The notes under the pieces: model-generated | What the model was told of the DNA's origin: nothing | What the model saw: only the letters and a program-made list of their open reading frames with translations | Database searches by the model: none | Source: a virus | Taxonomy: Duplodnaviria > Caudoviricetes | Direction: 5' to 3' (one strand) | Length of the DNA: 64,000 nucleotides | Virus record (IMG/VR): IMGVR_UViG_3300023210_000031 | Location: 395-64,394 of that record | Made by a program: the position numbers and the translations under genes | Part shown: in pieces, positions 27,100-36,625 of the stretch | Numbering within the stretch: position 1 is the stretch's first letter | Layout: every line of letters begins with the position of its first letter

Positions 27100-29058
27100 T
27101 CATGCCCCTCCGTCTGCTCCGTATAAGCAGATGTTGGCGAAGATGTCGTTTAGGACTTCGGTATAGCGATTTCCGTCAGGTGGAGAAATTTCATAATATC
27201 TGTCTGGATCTCCATAAATTATCTCATGGAAGCCGAAAAAGAACTGTGTCTTGTTTATGATAAAGGTCTCTATCTCGTCGCCTGGCTCACAAGAACCAAT
27301 CTGGCAGTTGTGAGCATTCCAATACACCGAAGATGCTTGGAGTGAGGACCAGCTCTGTGCTGGCTCGTCGCTGATCAAGATTATGTAAGGGTAGGCATCT
27401 TCCCTCCAGCCGATGTCGGCAGGATCAGCAGGATCTACCAAGTCATACATCACATCTATGGATGGCTCATACCCTCCGCCTTGGGCATTTATTATAGATG
27501 TCAGTGCGGTAAGGAAGGTATTTACATCAACCAGAGGTGGTGCCGACTCAACAGTGTAGGGTGCTCCACTTCCGCCCATGCCGTCTGGATAGTCTGGGAA
27601 TGAAACAAGGGCAAAGCGATGCTCTGTGTCTTCGAAGTCTGCTACATAGTTCGAGATGCCCTCGGCGAGAGCAAGAATGTATGGAGTCATAGAGCCGGAA
27701 ATATCAATGGCGAATACCATATCTACTCTGTCGTGGATATTTAGATCTTCGTCTACTTCTCCGTCACAGTCGTTGTCTAAGCCATCACACACTTCCTCTG
27801 TTGGTACTATCTCTCCAACACATTCGCCAAACTCGCCGGCTGTACAAATAGCAACTCCGGCTTTGCACTCTCCAACTCCCATATTCTCCTCTGGCTGGAC
27901 ACCACATATGACTTCCATTCCGTCTATGATGTTGTCACAGTCGTCATCCCAATTGTTACATACCTCGACATCTGGACCGAACCAAAAGCATTCTCCCCAC
28001 ACTCCGAAGTTATCACATACTTGGATTCCGATGCCGCAGCTCATCATAGCACCCGTGTATTGATCCATCATAGGATCCTCTTGACATGTCTGGGCATCAC
28101 CCTCTACACAGGGACAGTTCTCGTCCACTTCTCCATCACAGTCATTATCAACACCATCACAATATTCTATCCCTGGTGATGGTGCTGTACAGCCGCCCCA
28201 AGAGCCATAAGAGCAGAACTCTATGCCCATTCCACACTCAGTCTCACAGAGCCTTTCCAAATCGTTATCAATGATGCCGTCACAATCATTGTCGATATCA
28301 TCACATACTTCGTTCTGGGAATACTGGGCGTCGATACAGAGGAGCTCTCCGCCAACACACGAATTTCTGCCGTAAGAGCATTGCCCGACAGTAGTGTCTG
28401 GACCGCAAGGAAAGCCCTCTAGCCAAGACTCTTCGTCTACTTCCCCGTCACAATCATTATCAACAAGATCACACAATTCGTGTGCTGGTAATATCTGTTC
28501 TTCACATCCGGTCCAAGCTCCAGCGATACATGAGACTACCCCAGTCTGGCATGGAGTTCCTTCGAAAACAGAGTCAGATTCGCCGGTCCAGCACTCATAA
28601 GGACCAACCTCGTCTATCTCGCCGTTACAATCATTGTCGATGCCATCACAAGTCTCGGAGGCACTTGGGTGAATGTATGGGTCGCTGTCGTCACAATCAG
28701 CAGGATTTAGGCATGACCAATAGTCATTGAACAAATCACCGTCGGCATCAGTGGATAGTCCATTGTCTATGGTGCCGTCACAGTCGTTGTCTAGACCATC
28801 ACACACTTCATCAACGGGCTTTATCTCGTTGACACAGATTTGTCGGTTTAGAGCATCACAGGTGGTATTGCCGAGTTCACACTCGCCCTTTGCTCGGGAG
28901 ATGATGTCGTCATCAAAAACATATATACCACCGTCAGAAAGATTTAGGCACGGGCTAGGCTCTGGGCATGAAAAAGAGAGAAGGTCATCGTCACAATTAC
29001 ATGCACTCGTAAGTGCCATCATCGTTATAAGAAACATCCATATCTTTCTGATTATCAT
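27100..29058 (-). CDS. lipoprotein with MopE-type Cys/Asp repeats and C-terminal vWA domain
   Basis: LTSAC lipobox; seven E.CD..DNDCDG-type repeats; DISGSM MIDAS. Confidence 0.85.
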   Translation of the reverse strand: MIIRKIWMFLITMMALTSACNCDDDLLSFSCPEPSPCLNLSDGGIYVFDDDIISRAKGECELGNTTCDALNRQICVNEIKPVDEVCDGLDNDCDGTIDNGLSTDADGDLFNDYWSCLNPADCDDSDPYIHPSASETCDGIDNDCNGEIDEVGPYECWTGESDSVFEGTPCQTGVVSCIAGAWTGCEEQILPAHELCDLVDNDCDGEVDEESWLEGFPCGPDTTVGQCSYGRNSCVGGELLCIDAQYSQNEVCDDIDNDCDGIIDNDLERLCETECGMGIEFCSYGSWGGCTAPSPGIEYCDGVDNDCDGEVDENCPCVEGDAQTCQEDPMMDQYTGAMMSCGIGIQVCDNFGVWGECFWFGPDVEVCNNWDDDCDNIIDGMEVICGVQPEENMGVGECKAGVAICTAGEFGECVGEIVPTEEVCDGLDNDCDGEVDEDLNIHDRVDMVFAIDISGSMTPYILALAEGISNYVADFEDTEHRFALVSFPDYPDGMGGSGAPYTVESAPPLVDVNTFLTALTSIINAQGGGYEPSIDVMYDLVDPADPADIGWREDAYPYIILISDEPAQSWSSLQASSVYWNAHNCQIGSCEPGDEIETFIINKTQFFFGFHEIIYGDPDRYYEISPPDGNRYTEVLNDIFANICLYGADGGA

Positions 29059-29075
29059 AGATTCACCTTTTTTTG

Positions 29076-29282
29076 CTAATCGCCTTCCTTTATTGCTGCC
29101 ATATTTATTATATCTTGCCTTCTGTCATCTGTCAACTGACTGAGCCATTTTGAGACAGTTTTATCTGATGCTTCAACAAAAACACTACCAACACCGTCAC
29201 AGTACGAACACGCATACGATTTATTTAAGCACACTAGGCATCCCGTCTTCACGTAGAGCTTGTTATGTTCATTTTCAGGCAT
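29076..29282 (-). CDS. small Zn-ribbon protein
   Basis: CLVC...CSYCDG; longer ORF start would run through the tRNA. Confidence 0.6.
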   Translation of the reverse strand: MPENEHNKLYVKTGCLVCLNKSYACSYCDGVGSVFVEASDKTVSKWLSQLTDDRRQDIINMAAIKEGD

Positions 29283-29352
29283 TTTTGTTCGTTTCAGGCA
29301 CTGTTTCCGCTTACTCTCCCTAAAATAACTAGTTCCTAAAAAGCTAAAAAAG

Positions 29353-29378
29353 AAAAAACACACCGAAGTGTGTTTTTC
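29353..29378 (-). terminator. intrinsic terminator after tRNA
   Basis: AAAAACACA/TGTGTTTTT stem with U-run. Confidence 0.7.
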
Positions 29379-29383
29379 TATAG

Positions 29384-29458
29384 TGGTGGACCCGGTAGGA
29401 TTTGAACCTACGACCAACCCGTTATGAGCGGGTCGCTCTACCGCTGAGCTACAAGTCC
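29384..29458 (-). tRNA. tRNA with CAT anticodon, probably tRNA-Ile2
   Basis: GGACTTGTAGCTCAGCGGTAGAGC...CCCG-CTCATAA-CGGG...GGTTCAAATCC...GTCCACCA; acceptor stem resembles Ile2 rather than fMet. Confidence 0.9.
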
Positions 29459-29469
29459 AGGCAGATTAG

Positions 29470-29498
29470 ATCATAACAGGTCGCATCTAATCTGTCAA
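29470..29498 (-). promoter_or_regulatory. tRNA promoter TTGACA-N17-TATGAT within 10-bp inverted repeat
   Basis: CAGATTAGAT 29462 / ATCTAATCTG 29485; GATC overlaps the -10. Confidence 0.75.
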
Positions 29499-29522
29499 GC
29501 TATTTCTCAATGTTTCTGTTCT

Positions 29523-29906
29523 CTATGAAACTACGGCACCTTCTGACCAAAAACGCTTATTCTTTCTTTCGTTTGTGATCACCAGAACTTCAATGCCGGC
29601 TGGTGTGATCTTATGCTTGTAGTATTCTAGGCACCCATAAAGTGGCTTGCCTTCTTTCCTCTGGAACTTTTGTCTCGGAGGAGGTCTGTTCAGGTATGCC
29701 AAGCATCCCTCGACTATTTCCTTCTCCGTAAGCCCATCTGACTTTAGCTCCTCATAATCAACTTCTAGGTATCCTCCGACAACCCAGCGCTTTAAGCCGA
29801 ATCCTTTGACATTCCAAAACATAGAGCCGTGATACCTGCCGTATTTCTTCTCTTCGTTCCTAAATGAGAACTCCTCGATTGGTTTCCATTTACAGGGGAT
29901 TTCCAT
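29523..29906 (-). CDS. hypothetical protein
   Basis: GGAG RBS. Confidence 0.6.
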   Translation of the reverse strand: MEIPCKWKPIEEFSFRNEEKKYGRYHGSMFWNVKGFGLKRWVVGGYLEVDYEELKSDGLTEKEIVEGCLAYLNRPPPRQKFQRKEGKPLYGCLEYYKHKITPAGIEVLVITNERKNKRFWSEGAVVS

Positions 29907-29914
29907 AGCTGCTC

Positions 29915-30169
29915 CTATTTTTTCTGTGCCTCAAGAAACTCAATGAGTTCTCGGGCGCCGCCAACTAAGTCCATTGCTCCGTCGCTCTTACAGTGTAAGA
30001 TGACGGGAACTGTCTCGTGTCCGAATTGCTTTTTCACCATGTTGAGATATCCCTGGCACTTATCGACAACAGATACCACATAGCTTTCTCGATGTTCTTC
30101 CAGTAGCTCTATCGCTTCTCGGCAGTATGGGCAATCCACTTTTATAAACAGATGATAAAATGAAAACAT
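29915..30169 (-). CDS. grx: glutaredoxin
   Basis: CPYC, TVP, VGG. Confidence 0.9.
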   Translation of the reverse strand: MFSFYHLFIKVDCPYCREAIELLEEHRESYVVSVVDKCQGYLNMVKKQFGHETVPVILHCKSDGAMDLVGGARELIEFLEAQKK

Positions 30170-30172
30170 TTT

Positions 30173-30451
30173 CTACCCTTTCAAAAGGCGAGAGGTTGCA
30201 ACATGGCACTTTTCCATAACCTGTGCTGGGGTTCCTATTACTACCAGAGTCTCTTCTGTCGTAGCTCCAAGCACGATCCTAGAAAATGATTGCTGCTTGT
30301 GGAGATCCCACGGAAGCTTACCTTCATCTAGGAGCCTCTTGGTATTGTCGTCCCTCTTGACACTCACTATACTATCTGGATTTACGAAGACCTCTTTTAT
30401 TTCGTAGTCTCCCTTTCCTCTGTCCACTACTTCTACAAGCTCAATTAACAT
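30173..30451 (-). CDS. FlbD-like small beta protein
   Basis: MLIEL...FVNPDSIVSV...V.GT..QV. Confidence 0.55.
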   Translation of the reverse strand: MLIELVEVVDRGKGDYEIKEVFVNPDSIVSVKRDDNTKRLLDEGKLPWDLHKQQSFSRIVLGATTEETLVVIGTPAQVMEKCHVATSRLLKG

Positions 30452-30660
30452 CTCGCCTCCTTCTTGCCAAAAGGGTAGGCACACTCTTGGCGAATCGTCC
30501 ACTCCCTTCCTAGGCAATAAATCTTGTAATACTTTCCATCATTAAGGCTTTCCCGAGTCACGATGCCCAATGTGGGCTCGGTGGTAAACTTAAACGAACC
30601 TTCAGTATCAGAAAGAAGAAGGACATTTGACGGTACATGAACTAGATCACCGCTCTTCAT
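30445..30660 (-). CDS. small SH3-like protein
   Basis: KSGDLV...LGIV. Confidence 0.55.
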   Translation of the reverse strand: MKSGDLVHVPSNVLLLSDTEGSFKFTTEPTLGIVTRESLNDGKYYKIYCLGREWTIRQECAYPFGKKEARC

Positions 30661-30952
30661 CGGGCTCTGCCTCTGAGGTGCTAAGTGTCATGTGTTCCTC
30701 GTACTGTCGTAAAATAGAAATACAGTCCTCTATTCTGGATTCGATCTTTTTCATGTCTTTCTTCATATCTTCTAGAGATGAGATGGCTCGACTACATCTG
30801 CCTTGGGATAGAGAGTCAGAAGCCGCTCTACTGTTGTTGGCTTCCAACTGTAAGTTATTAGCTATGTCGGAAATCAATAATTTTATATCTCCCGGCAAAT
30901 CCTTAAGGGATGTTCGGAAAGAAATCTTTACGTCGCTCACAAATACCTCCAT
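30647..30952 (-). CDS. coiled-coil hypothetical protein
   Basis: Follows TTGACT-N17-TATGAT promoter at 30974-31002. Confidence 0.55.
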   Translation of the reverse strand: MEVFVSDVKISFRTSLKDLPGDIKLLISDIANNLQLEANNSRAASDSLSQGRCSRAISSLEDMKKDMKKIESRIEDCISILRQYEEHMTLSTSEAEPDEER

Positions 30953-31014
30953 ACTTGTCCAGTGCTAGTCATAATCATAGCACCTTAGTGTAAATAAGTC
31001 AAGTGTTTTTTTGT

Positions 31015-31296
31015 TTAGCCTATGGTTTTTGTGATGGTGTATGCAACAATGCCTATCATCGTCGAGACAACCATCCAGATGATCTTCGAGGATGTCTTCT
31101 GCCAAGCCTCCAGCTCTCTAAGTCGAGCATACAATCCTTGATCGGGGTGGTATACCGATTCTCGGATTTTCGCCATGTCTTCAGCCATGTCTTCTTGCCT
31201 TTCTTTTACTTCGTCAATTTTCATCTCTAGCATATCCAGCTTAGAATTAAGCTCAACTAGTTGTTTTACTGTCTCGTCAGAGTCCATGGGCGACAT
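31015..31296 (-). CDS. coiled-coil plus C-terminal TM protein (XhlA/holin-like)
   Basis: Heptads, terminal TM; late motif at 31322. Confidence 0.55.
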   Translation of the reverse strand: MSPMDSDETVKQLVELNSKLDMLEMKIDEVKERQEDMAEDMAKIRESVYHPDQGLYARLRELEAWQKTSSKIIWMVVSTMIGIVAYTITKTIG

Positions 31297-31332
31297 AAAA
31301 AATCCTCTTGGCTAGATACCATAAATAGTATG

Positions 31333-32898
31333 CTAGTCCTCGATAATGGCGTGACTCGTAGTAATAAGTGTCCCTATTGCCGATACAGCATTCTGAAGAG
31401 CACACCTGGTTACTTTTGCCGGATCTATGATCCCGCTGCCCAGCAGATCCACCGTATTGCCTGTTGACATATCGAAGCCATAGCCCTCGTCAAGCCCTAG
31501 AGCTCCGTCTAGCAAGACATCTGGCTTCTTGCCGGCATTAGCCGCCATTTGCCGTAAGGGCTCCTGAATCGCCTTGAGCACAATCTGAGCACCATATTCC
31601 TGGTCAGAGTTATCTGCCTGTATCTCCACACCTCGGGCTGCCGACAGGAGTGCCATGCCTCCGCCACATACCATCCCCTCTTGCTGAGCTGACTTCACTG
31701 CCTCAAGAGCATCTTCGATGCGATGCTTCTTTTCTGTCATCTCTATTTCAGTGTTGCCCCCCACACTAATGATAGCAATGCCGCTAGCCAATCTGGTAAT
31801 CCTCTCTTGAATTCTCTCACAAGCCTGCATGTTGTCTGTCTGCTCGAAGAGTGACTTGAGAGATTCGATCCTTTGTTCTACCTGGGCAGTATCCCCGTTG
31901 CCGCCAACGATGGTTGTGGCTATCTTTGATGCCTCAATCGTTTTAGCATTTCCGAGGTGAGTCAATTTGATATCACGAAGACTGAGCCCTGACTCCCTGG
32001 TTACAAAAGTGGCACCGACACTGGTAGCCAAGTCTTGGAGGATGTTCCTTCGCTCGTCTCCGTAGCGAGGTGCCTTGATGGCGGCAACCTTCATTGTTCC
32101 CCTCACCGTATTCATAATCATTGCCGCTAAAGCCTGACCCTCAATCTCTTCTGCTACGACGACGATGGGGCGACCATCTCGTGCCGCCAGTTCTAGTGCT
32201 GGGAGGATGTCTTCCACGAACTCAATCTTTTCGTCTGTGATTAGGAAGAGAGGATCGTTATACTTTAGAACTCCTCTCCGCTCATCAGTGATAAAGGCAC
32301 TGGCGGCATAGCCGCTGTCGAAGCGAAAGCCCTCAACTACATCTAGGCTGGTCTCTAGCGACTTGCCGTCCTCGATGGTTATTGAGCCGTCTTTGCCGAT
32401 CATGTCGATGGCTGTGGAGATGAGCTTTCCTATTGTCCGATCACCGTTAGCCGAGATGGTGGCGATGTCTTCGATGTCGTCAAGCTTCGTCACCCTCTTA
32501 GCACTGGCTCGGAGATTATTTACGATAACGGCTGTTGCCTTGTCGATGCCTCGCTTGAGCTCAACTGGAGATGCTCCAGCAGCGATGTATTTCTGTGCCT
32601 CAATGAAGATTGCCCGAGAGAGGACGATGGCTGTGGTGGTGCCGTCACCAGCACTGGTGTTCGTCTCTTCGCTTGCCTGTTTGATTACTTGGGCACCGAC
32701 ATTTTCGAATGGGTCAGTAAAGTCTATGAACCGTGCTACTGTTACCCCGTCTTTGGTTATGATCGGATTTCCATTCTTAGGCTGGATAACAACATTCCTG
32801 CCCCTTGGTCCCATTGTGGCGGCAACATTGTCCGCCAACTTGTTAACTCCGTCTAGAATTTTTTGTGATAAAGAACTGCCGTCATCATAATTTTTCAT
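31333..32898 (-). CDS. groEL: chaperonin GroEL
   Basis: TMGPRGRNV, ITKDGVTVA, AGDGTTTA, IIDPAKV; no GGM tail. Confidence 0.97.
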   Translation of the reverse strand: MKNYDDGSSLSQKILDGVNKLADNVAATMGPRGRNVVIQPKNGNPIITKDGVTVARFIDFTDPFENVGAQVIKQASEETNTSAGDGTTTAIVLSRAIFIEAQKYIAAGASPVELKRGIDKATAVIVNNLRASAKRVTKLDDIEDIATISANGDRTIGKLISTAIDMIGKDGSITIEDGKSLETSLDVVEGFRFDSGYAASAFITDERRGVLKYNDPLFLITDEKIEFVEDILPALELAARDGRPIVVVAEEIEGQALAAMIMNTVRGTMKVAAIKAPRYGDERRNILQDLATSVGATFVTRESGLSLRDIKLTHLGNAKTIEASKIATTIVGGNGDTAQVEQRIESLKSLFEQTDNMQACERIQERITRLASGIAIISVGGNTEIEMTEKKHRIEDALEAVKSAQQEGMVCGGGMALLSAARGVEIQADNSDQEYGAQIVLKAIQEPLRQMAANAGKKPDVLLDGALGLDEGYGFDMSTGNTVDLLGSGIIDPAKVTRCALQNAVSAIGTLITTSHAIIED

Positions 32899-32972
32899 GT
32901 ATCCTCCGAGAAAAGAAAAATCTCTCTTAGTATTATAACCGTATTATTTAGAAAGTCAAGGATTATTTTTCG

Positions 32973-34247
32973 TCAGGAAGCGGAAATTTGCCTTTCAACA
33001 TCTTCGTCGAAATCGAAAAATCCAGATCCCGTTGACATTAGATGTCGGAACCAAGGAGAATATTTGCCTGAACTGCTCTTAGCACTGTCTGCTCTGGGTC
33101 TGATCTTGAGAAGTTCATACTCTTTGCCTGTCGTTTTGTTGACGACACTAACCTTTATCTCTGGCCAGCCTTTTTCACCGACAAGCTCAGTTTTAAAGTC
33201 GAAAACATCTTTTTCAGCCAGCTTAGATATCGCCTCCCTATTCCTCACAAAGTATCGTCCCGCTCGGTTATCAATCTTTAGCATAACTATGTCCTCTTTT
33301 CCAACCATTCCCTCTACAATCGCACTAGCTAATGTCGTTTTTATGTACTCTGGATCCTTCAGAAGCTGGCTGAGCTTTTCTTCTGCTTTTTTATAAACAT
33401 TTTTATACTCGAAGATTGCTTTCTCTAGAAAACGTTTCATCCTAGGATCTTTCTCAGCATTTTCCTGGGAAATTCTAGCAGAATATTGAGTTTTCCAGCC
33501 TGGCTCATTGTCATAGTATTTTTTGAAGCCTGGAACACTAATACCTAGCTTTAGGGTATCGTTAAACATTTTGTCAATGCCGGCAACAGGATTGGTGACT
33601 GCCACTTGAAAAAATTGCTCGCCACCCTTTACTTTCAGGCTCAGAGGCTTCAAGCCAGCTATAGGCTCATCATCCAGAAGCACTTTTACATCAGCCTTTG
33701 ACCCTTTTTGGTCAGAAGTTCCGTCCGCTCCGATATAAATCGTATGGGGCGACTTACTCTTAGCTCGATTAATCCCTTCTATTGTCTCTTTAACTATGCC
33801 AGCAGCATAATCGTTCACATAACTTAGTGCCCCCTCGTATTCTCCGATTAGGCACGGGACAAATCTAACATCTTCTAGGTGAGAGTCTCCACCACCAGCC
33901 ACCTTGGAAGTGAAATCAATCGAGATGTGGGGGTGCCCTGGAAGCTCGAAAACTCCTGCCCCTTCTTTGAGCCACCAGAAGATCTGCCCTGCCTTAACTG
34001 GCGCGCCTTTGTTATAAAAAGAAGCAGCGATGGCTGCAGCCACAATGCCCTCAACGATGTCTCCTCTGTTTACTTTATCCTGCCTACAATCATATCCATC
34101 TGCCGATGCTTTGGTCTGCCCCGAGCTCGCTAGATCGTGTAGTCCCATGCCCTCAGTAGCCTCTCTCAAAAGGCGAGCCTTTGAAGGGGCGATTGCCTCC
34201 ATCTCTTCGTCGATAAATTCCAGCAATAGCTTAGATTCTTTCTTCAT
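32973..34247 (-). CDS. PD-(D/E)XK nuclease-like protein with acidic leader
   Basis: GD..EG, KADV...LSLK; late motif at 34458. Confidence 0.55.
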   Translation of the reverse strand: MKKESKLLLEFIDEEMEAIAPSKARLLREATEGMGLHDLASSGQTKASADGYDCRQDKVNRGDIVEGIVAAAIAASFYNKGAPVKAGQIFWWLKEGAGVFELPGHPHISIDFTSKVAGGGDSHLEDVRFVPCLIGEYEGALSYVNDYAAGIVKETIEGINRAKSKSPHTIYIGADGTSDQKGSKADVKVLLDDEPIAGLKPLSLKVKGGEQFFQVAVTNPVAGIDKMFNDTLKLGISVPGFKKYYDNEPGWKTQYSARISQENAEKDPRMKRFLEKAIFEYKNVYKKAEEKLSQLLKDPEYIKTTLASAIVEGMVGKEDIVMLKIDNRAGRYFVRNREAISKLAEKDVFDFKTELVGEKGWPEIKVSVVNKTTGKEYELLKIRPRADSAKSSSGKYSPWFRHLMSTGSGFFDFDEDVERQISAS

Positions 34248-34504
34248 CTCATCTTCTTCCTTTCGGACTCAATTCTGGTCCGTATTTCTTCGCTTTTCAA
34301 AAATTCAGTTGCCATCTTGCCGATCTGACCGGAGCATCTCAGTTTAAGACATCTGCTCCACTGCCGATCATATTTCTTCTGTAGGGTGTGTAGCACTGTC
34401 TTGTACCATAACTTTCTAGAAAACTCGACCATGATAAATAACTTCCCATATTCAAAATAAATAGTTCAGAAAGATTATAAAACTTCTTTTCAAGCTTGTC
34501 AAGC

Positions 34505-34543
34505 AAAAAAACCACCTGCTCAAAGGGATGCAGGTGGTTTTTT
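34505..34543. terminator. bidirectional intrinsic terminator
   Basis: AAAAAACCACCTGC / GCAGGTGGTTTTTT. Confidence 0.85.
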
Positions 34544-34566
34544 CCATCTTCTTCTAGATGTATAGC

Positions 34567-35124
34567 TTATTGCTTAGCAGCTAGTCGTTCTTTTACTCGC
34601 TTGCTAACCTCGGCTACCAAGTCATCTAGGTTCTCGTACATATCTCTCATGGCAGGAGCTTCTTCCTCTTCCTCGGAAGCCATTTCCATCTCTTCTCCGC
34701 CCATGTCGTCAGCGGGTGCCTCTAGCTCGGAATCCATTTCCATCTCGTCTTCGGCAGGAGCCTCTTCGGCACCAGCGGCAGCAATCTTCTGCCCCAGCTT
34801 CACGAGAATTCCAGCCTCTTCTGGAGTGATGGAGAGCTCTTCTGCTTCCATGTCCATCTCAGGGGCTGGCTCTTCTACGGCTGGCTCTTCTTCGAAGTCC
34901 ATCGCCATCTCTTCTTCGCTAACGACTTCTTCGGTCACGTCTTCGTCAACAACTTCTTCCTTGATCTCTTCTGCCGTATCAGCTTTAACTGCTTCGGCGA
35001 CTTCCTCTTCGGCTACTTCTTCCTTGTACAAATCCGATACGAACTCTTCAGCTAGTGGTTGTAGGCTAGCCAATTTCATAAAATGACGGACTGAACCTTC
35101 TTCTAGCAACGTTTTCTTAGACAT
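34567..35124 (-). CDS. highly acidic protein, scaffold/prohead-core-like
   Basis: Glu-rich; MSKKTLLEE..RHFMKLA leader; basic C-terminal helix; late motif at 35188. Confidence 0.6.
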   Translation of the reverse strand: MSKKTLLEEGSVRHFMKLASLQPLAEEFVSDLYKEEVAEEEVAEAVKADTAEEIKEEVVDEDVTEEVVSEEEMAMDFEEEPAVEEPAPEMDMEAEELSITPEEAGILVKLGQKIAAAGAEEAPAEDEMEMDSELEAPADDMGGEEMEMASEEEEEAPAMRDMYENLDDLVAEVSKRVKERLAAKQ

Positions 35125-35222
35125 AACTCTCTCTCCCTATGAATATTAATTCGCCTTTGTGGCGATAAAGAAACTTTAAATCATCTATAAATAGTGTTCA
35201 GAAAGGCAAAAATCCCTTTTTA

Positions 35223-35459
35223 TCACTCTATAACAAGCAATCTTTTATTAAGCTTGTTTAGTGCCTTATCTTGTATCTGCTTCACTCTCACATAACTAAC
35301 TCCCAGCCTTTCAGAAATCTGGTGGAGAGTCATTTCTCCGTTCTTCTCTATGGATATCGCTACACAGTTGTTATCCTCTTTGTGCTCTATCCACAGCCTA
35401 CAATCCTCTTTCAGGCACATATCGCCCGATGTGTAGCATTTCTTAGCGCAGTCCTTCAT
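35223..35459 (-). CDS. stand-alone sigma70 region-4 HTH with N-terminal Cys cluster
   Basis: MTLHQISERLGVSYVRVKQIQDKALNKL. Confidence 0.75.
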   Translation of the reverse strand: MKDCAKKCYTSGDMCLKEDCRLWIEHKEDNNCVAISIEKNGEMTLHQISERLGVSYVRVKQIQDKALNKLNKRLLVIE

Positions 35460-35758
35460 ATGTCCATTTCCTCTTCAAACATGTCGAATAAGCCTTCTAT
35501 CTCATCTTCTGATAGTCTAAACTTTCTCTTTGTATTATCGGATATTTGCTTCTCTTTGTCAAGTATTTTCTGCTTACTTTTTACAAAAAGATGCTTCTTT
35601 TTTTTGAACTCTATTATGTAGTCGGCAAACTTCGGGTCATCTTCCAGGAAAGAAGACACAACCCCTCTGAAAAACTGTCTCTTTGTGATGCCCTCATGCT
35701 TAAGCTTGGTAAGTAGCTTAGCATAAGTGGTGTCTTCGTCCTCGAACCCGATGATCAC
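35456..35758 (-). CDS. hypothetical protein (possible RHH-like)
   Basis: Coupled to sigma-r4 gene. Confidence 0.5.
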   Translation of the reverse strand: MIIGFEDEDTTYAKLLTKLKHEGITKRQFFRGVVSSFLEDDPKFADYIIEFKKKKHLFVKSKQKILDKEKQISDNTKRKFRLSEDEIEGLFDMFEEEMDI

Positions 35759-36012
35759 TTTATGCTCGATTCGAAATCTTCAACAACCGAGGTGGCTGCC
35801 TTCCAGCAACTTGTACAATAAAGCCTGACCACATTCTCGTCATTCTTTACCACTACATGCCAGGACTTCACCATCTCCTTGTCTTTTTTGTCGAACGATT
35901 TCAAGCAAGCACTACACTCGTCTGGTAATCTATCGAACATGTTCATTTTTTGTTGTAGGTCTTTTTTCGCTCGTTTGGAAGACTTCGTAGTCTTTTTTAT
36001 CTTTTTCGGCAT
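35755..36012 (-). CDS. Zn-finger protein
   Basis: CSAC...LYCTSCW. Confidence 0.6.
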   Translation of the reverse strand: MPKKIKKTTKSSKRAKKDLQQKMNMFDRLPDECSACLKSFDKKDKEMVKSWHVVVKNDENVVRLYCTSCWKAATSVVEDFESSIK

Positions 36013-36610
36013 TTCTTAAATCCATCAATTTTAAAATTTCGTTTGCTTCTTTTATGAGTCGTGTATGGTTCTCTGTCCATCCAGGGTATATGCCACCTTC
36101 GTGGTCTGGGTCTCCTCGATTATCTGGAGAGAGAACCCTTATCGAGGCATGGACAAGTTCGTGAATCAGAGATGTGTCTGGTACTTTTTCTCCTGGACCT
36201 AAATAAACAACGACATAATCTTTATCTAATGTAAGTCCAATTGCTGTCCCTTGCTCTATGAAAGTGCCGTCCATCCGGTAGCCATTGTTGAATACCATCT
36301 TTTCTAGTCGCCACTCAATAGTCATCCTGTTCAAGTTCTTGAGCACGATGTTCGACTTATCTCCGAATCTTTTATACCACTCCATGTAGAAAATGTGTAA
36401 TGCTAGCGATGTGTCGGCTGGATCGGGGAGGCTACAAGATGGTTCTATCTGATAGGACATATCCCATCCTGGTATCCTCGTTATCTCGCTCTTTTCCTCA
36501 CAAGAAGGTGGTCGGAGCCTAACATCTTCGCCGAGAGATACACACCCAGCACCCAGGAAAAATATGGCTGCTAATAATACGACGGGGAGGGTAAAAACTC
36601 TAGACACCAT
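35930..36610 (-). CDS. lipoprotein with HExxH metallopeptidase motif
   Basis: LGAGC lipobox, IHELVH; late motif 3 nt before ATG. Confidence 0.65.
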   Translation of the reverse strand: MVSRVFTLPVVLLAAIFFLGAGCVSLGEDVRLRPPSCEEKSEITRIPGWDMSYQIEPSCSLPDPADTSLALHIFYMEWYKRFGDKSNIVLKNLNRMTIEWRLEKMVFNNGYRMDGTFIEQGTAIGLTLDKDYVVVYLGPGEKVPDTSLIHELVHASIRVLSPDNRGDPDHEGGIYPGWTENHTRLIKEANEILKLMDLRNAEKDKKDYEVFQTSEKRPTTKNEHVR

Positions 36611-36625
36611 AAGTAAGTAGTATTT

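Noticed and set aside
29283-29417. N-terminal extension of ORF 29076..29417
   Set aside because: Runs through the tRNA and its terminator
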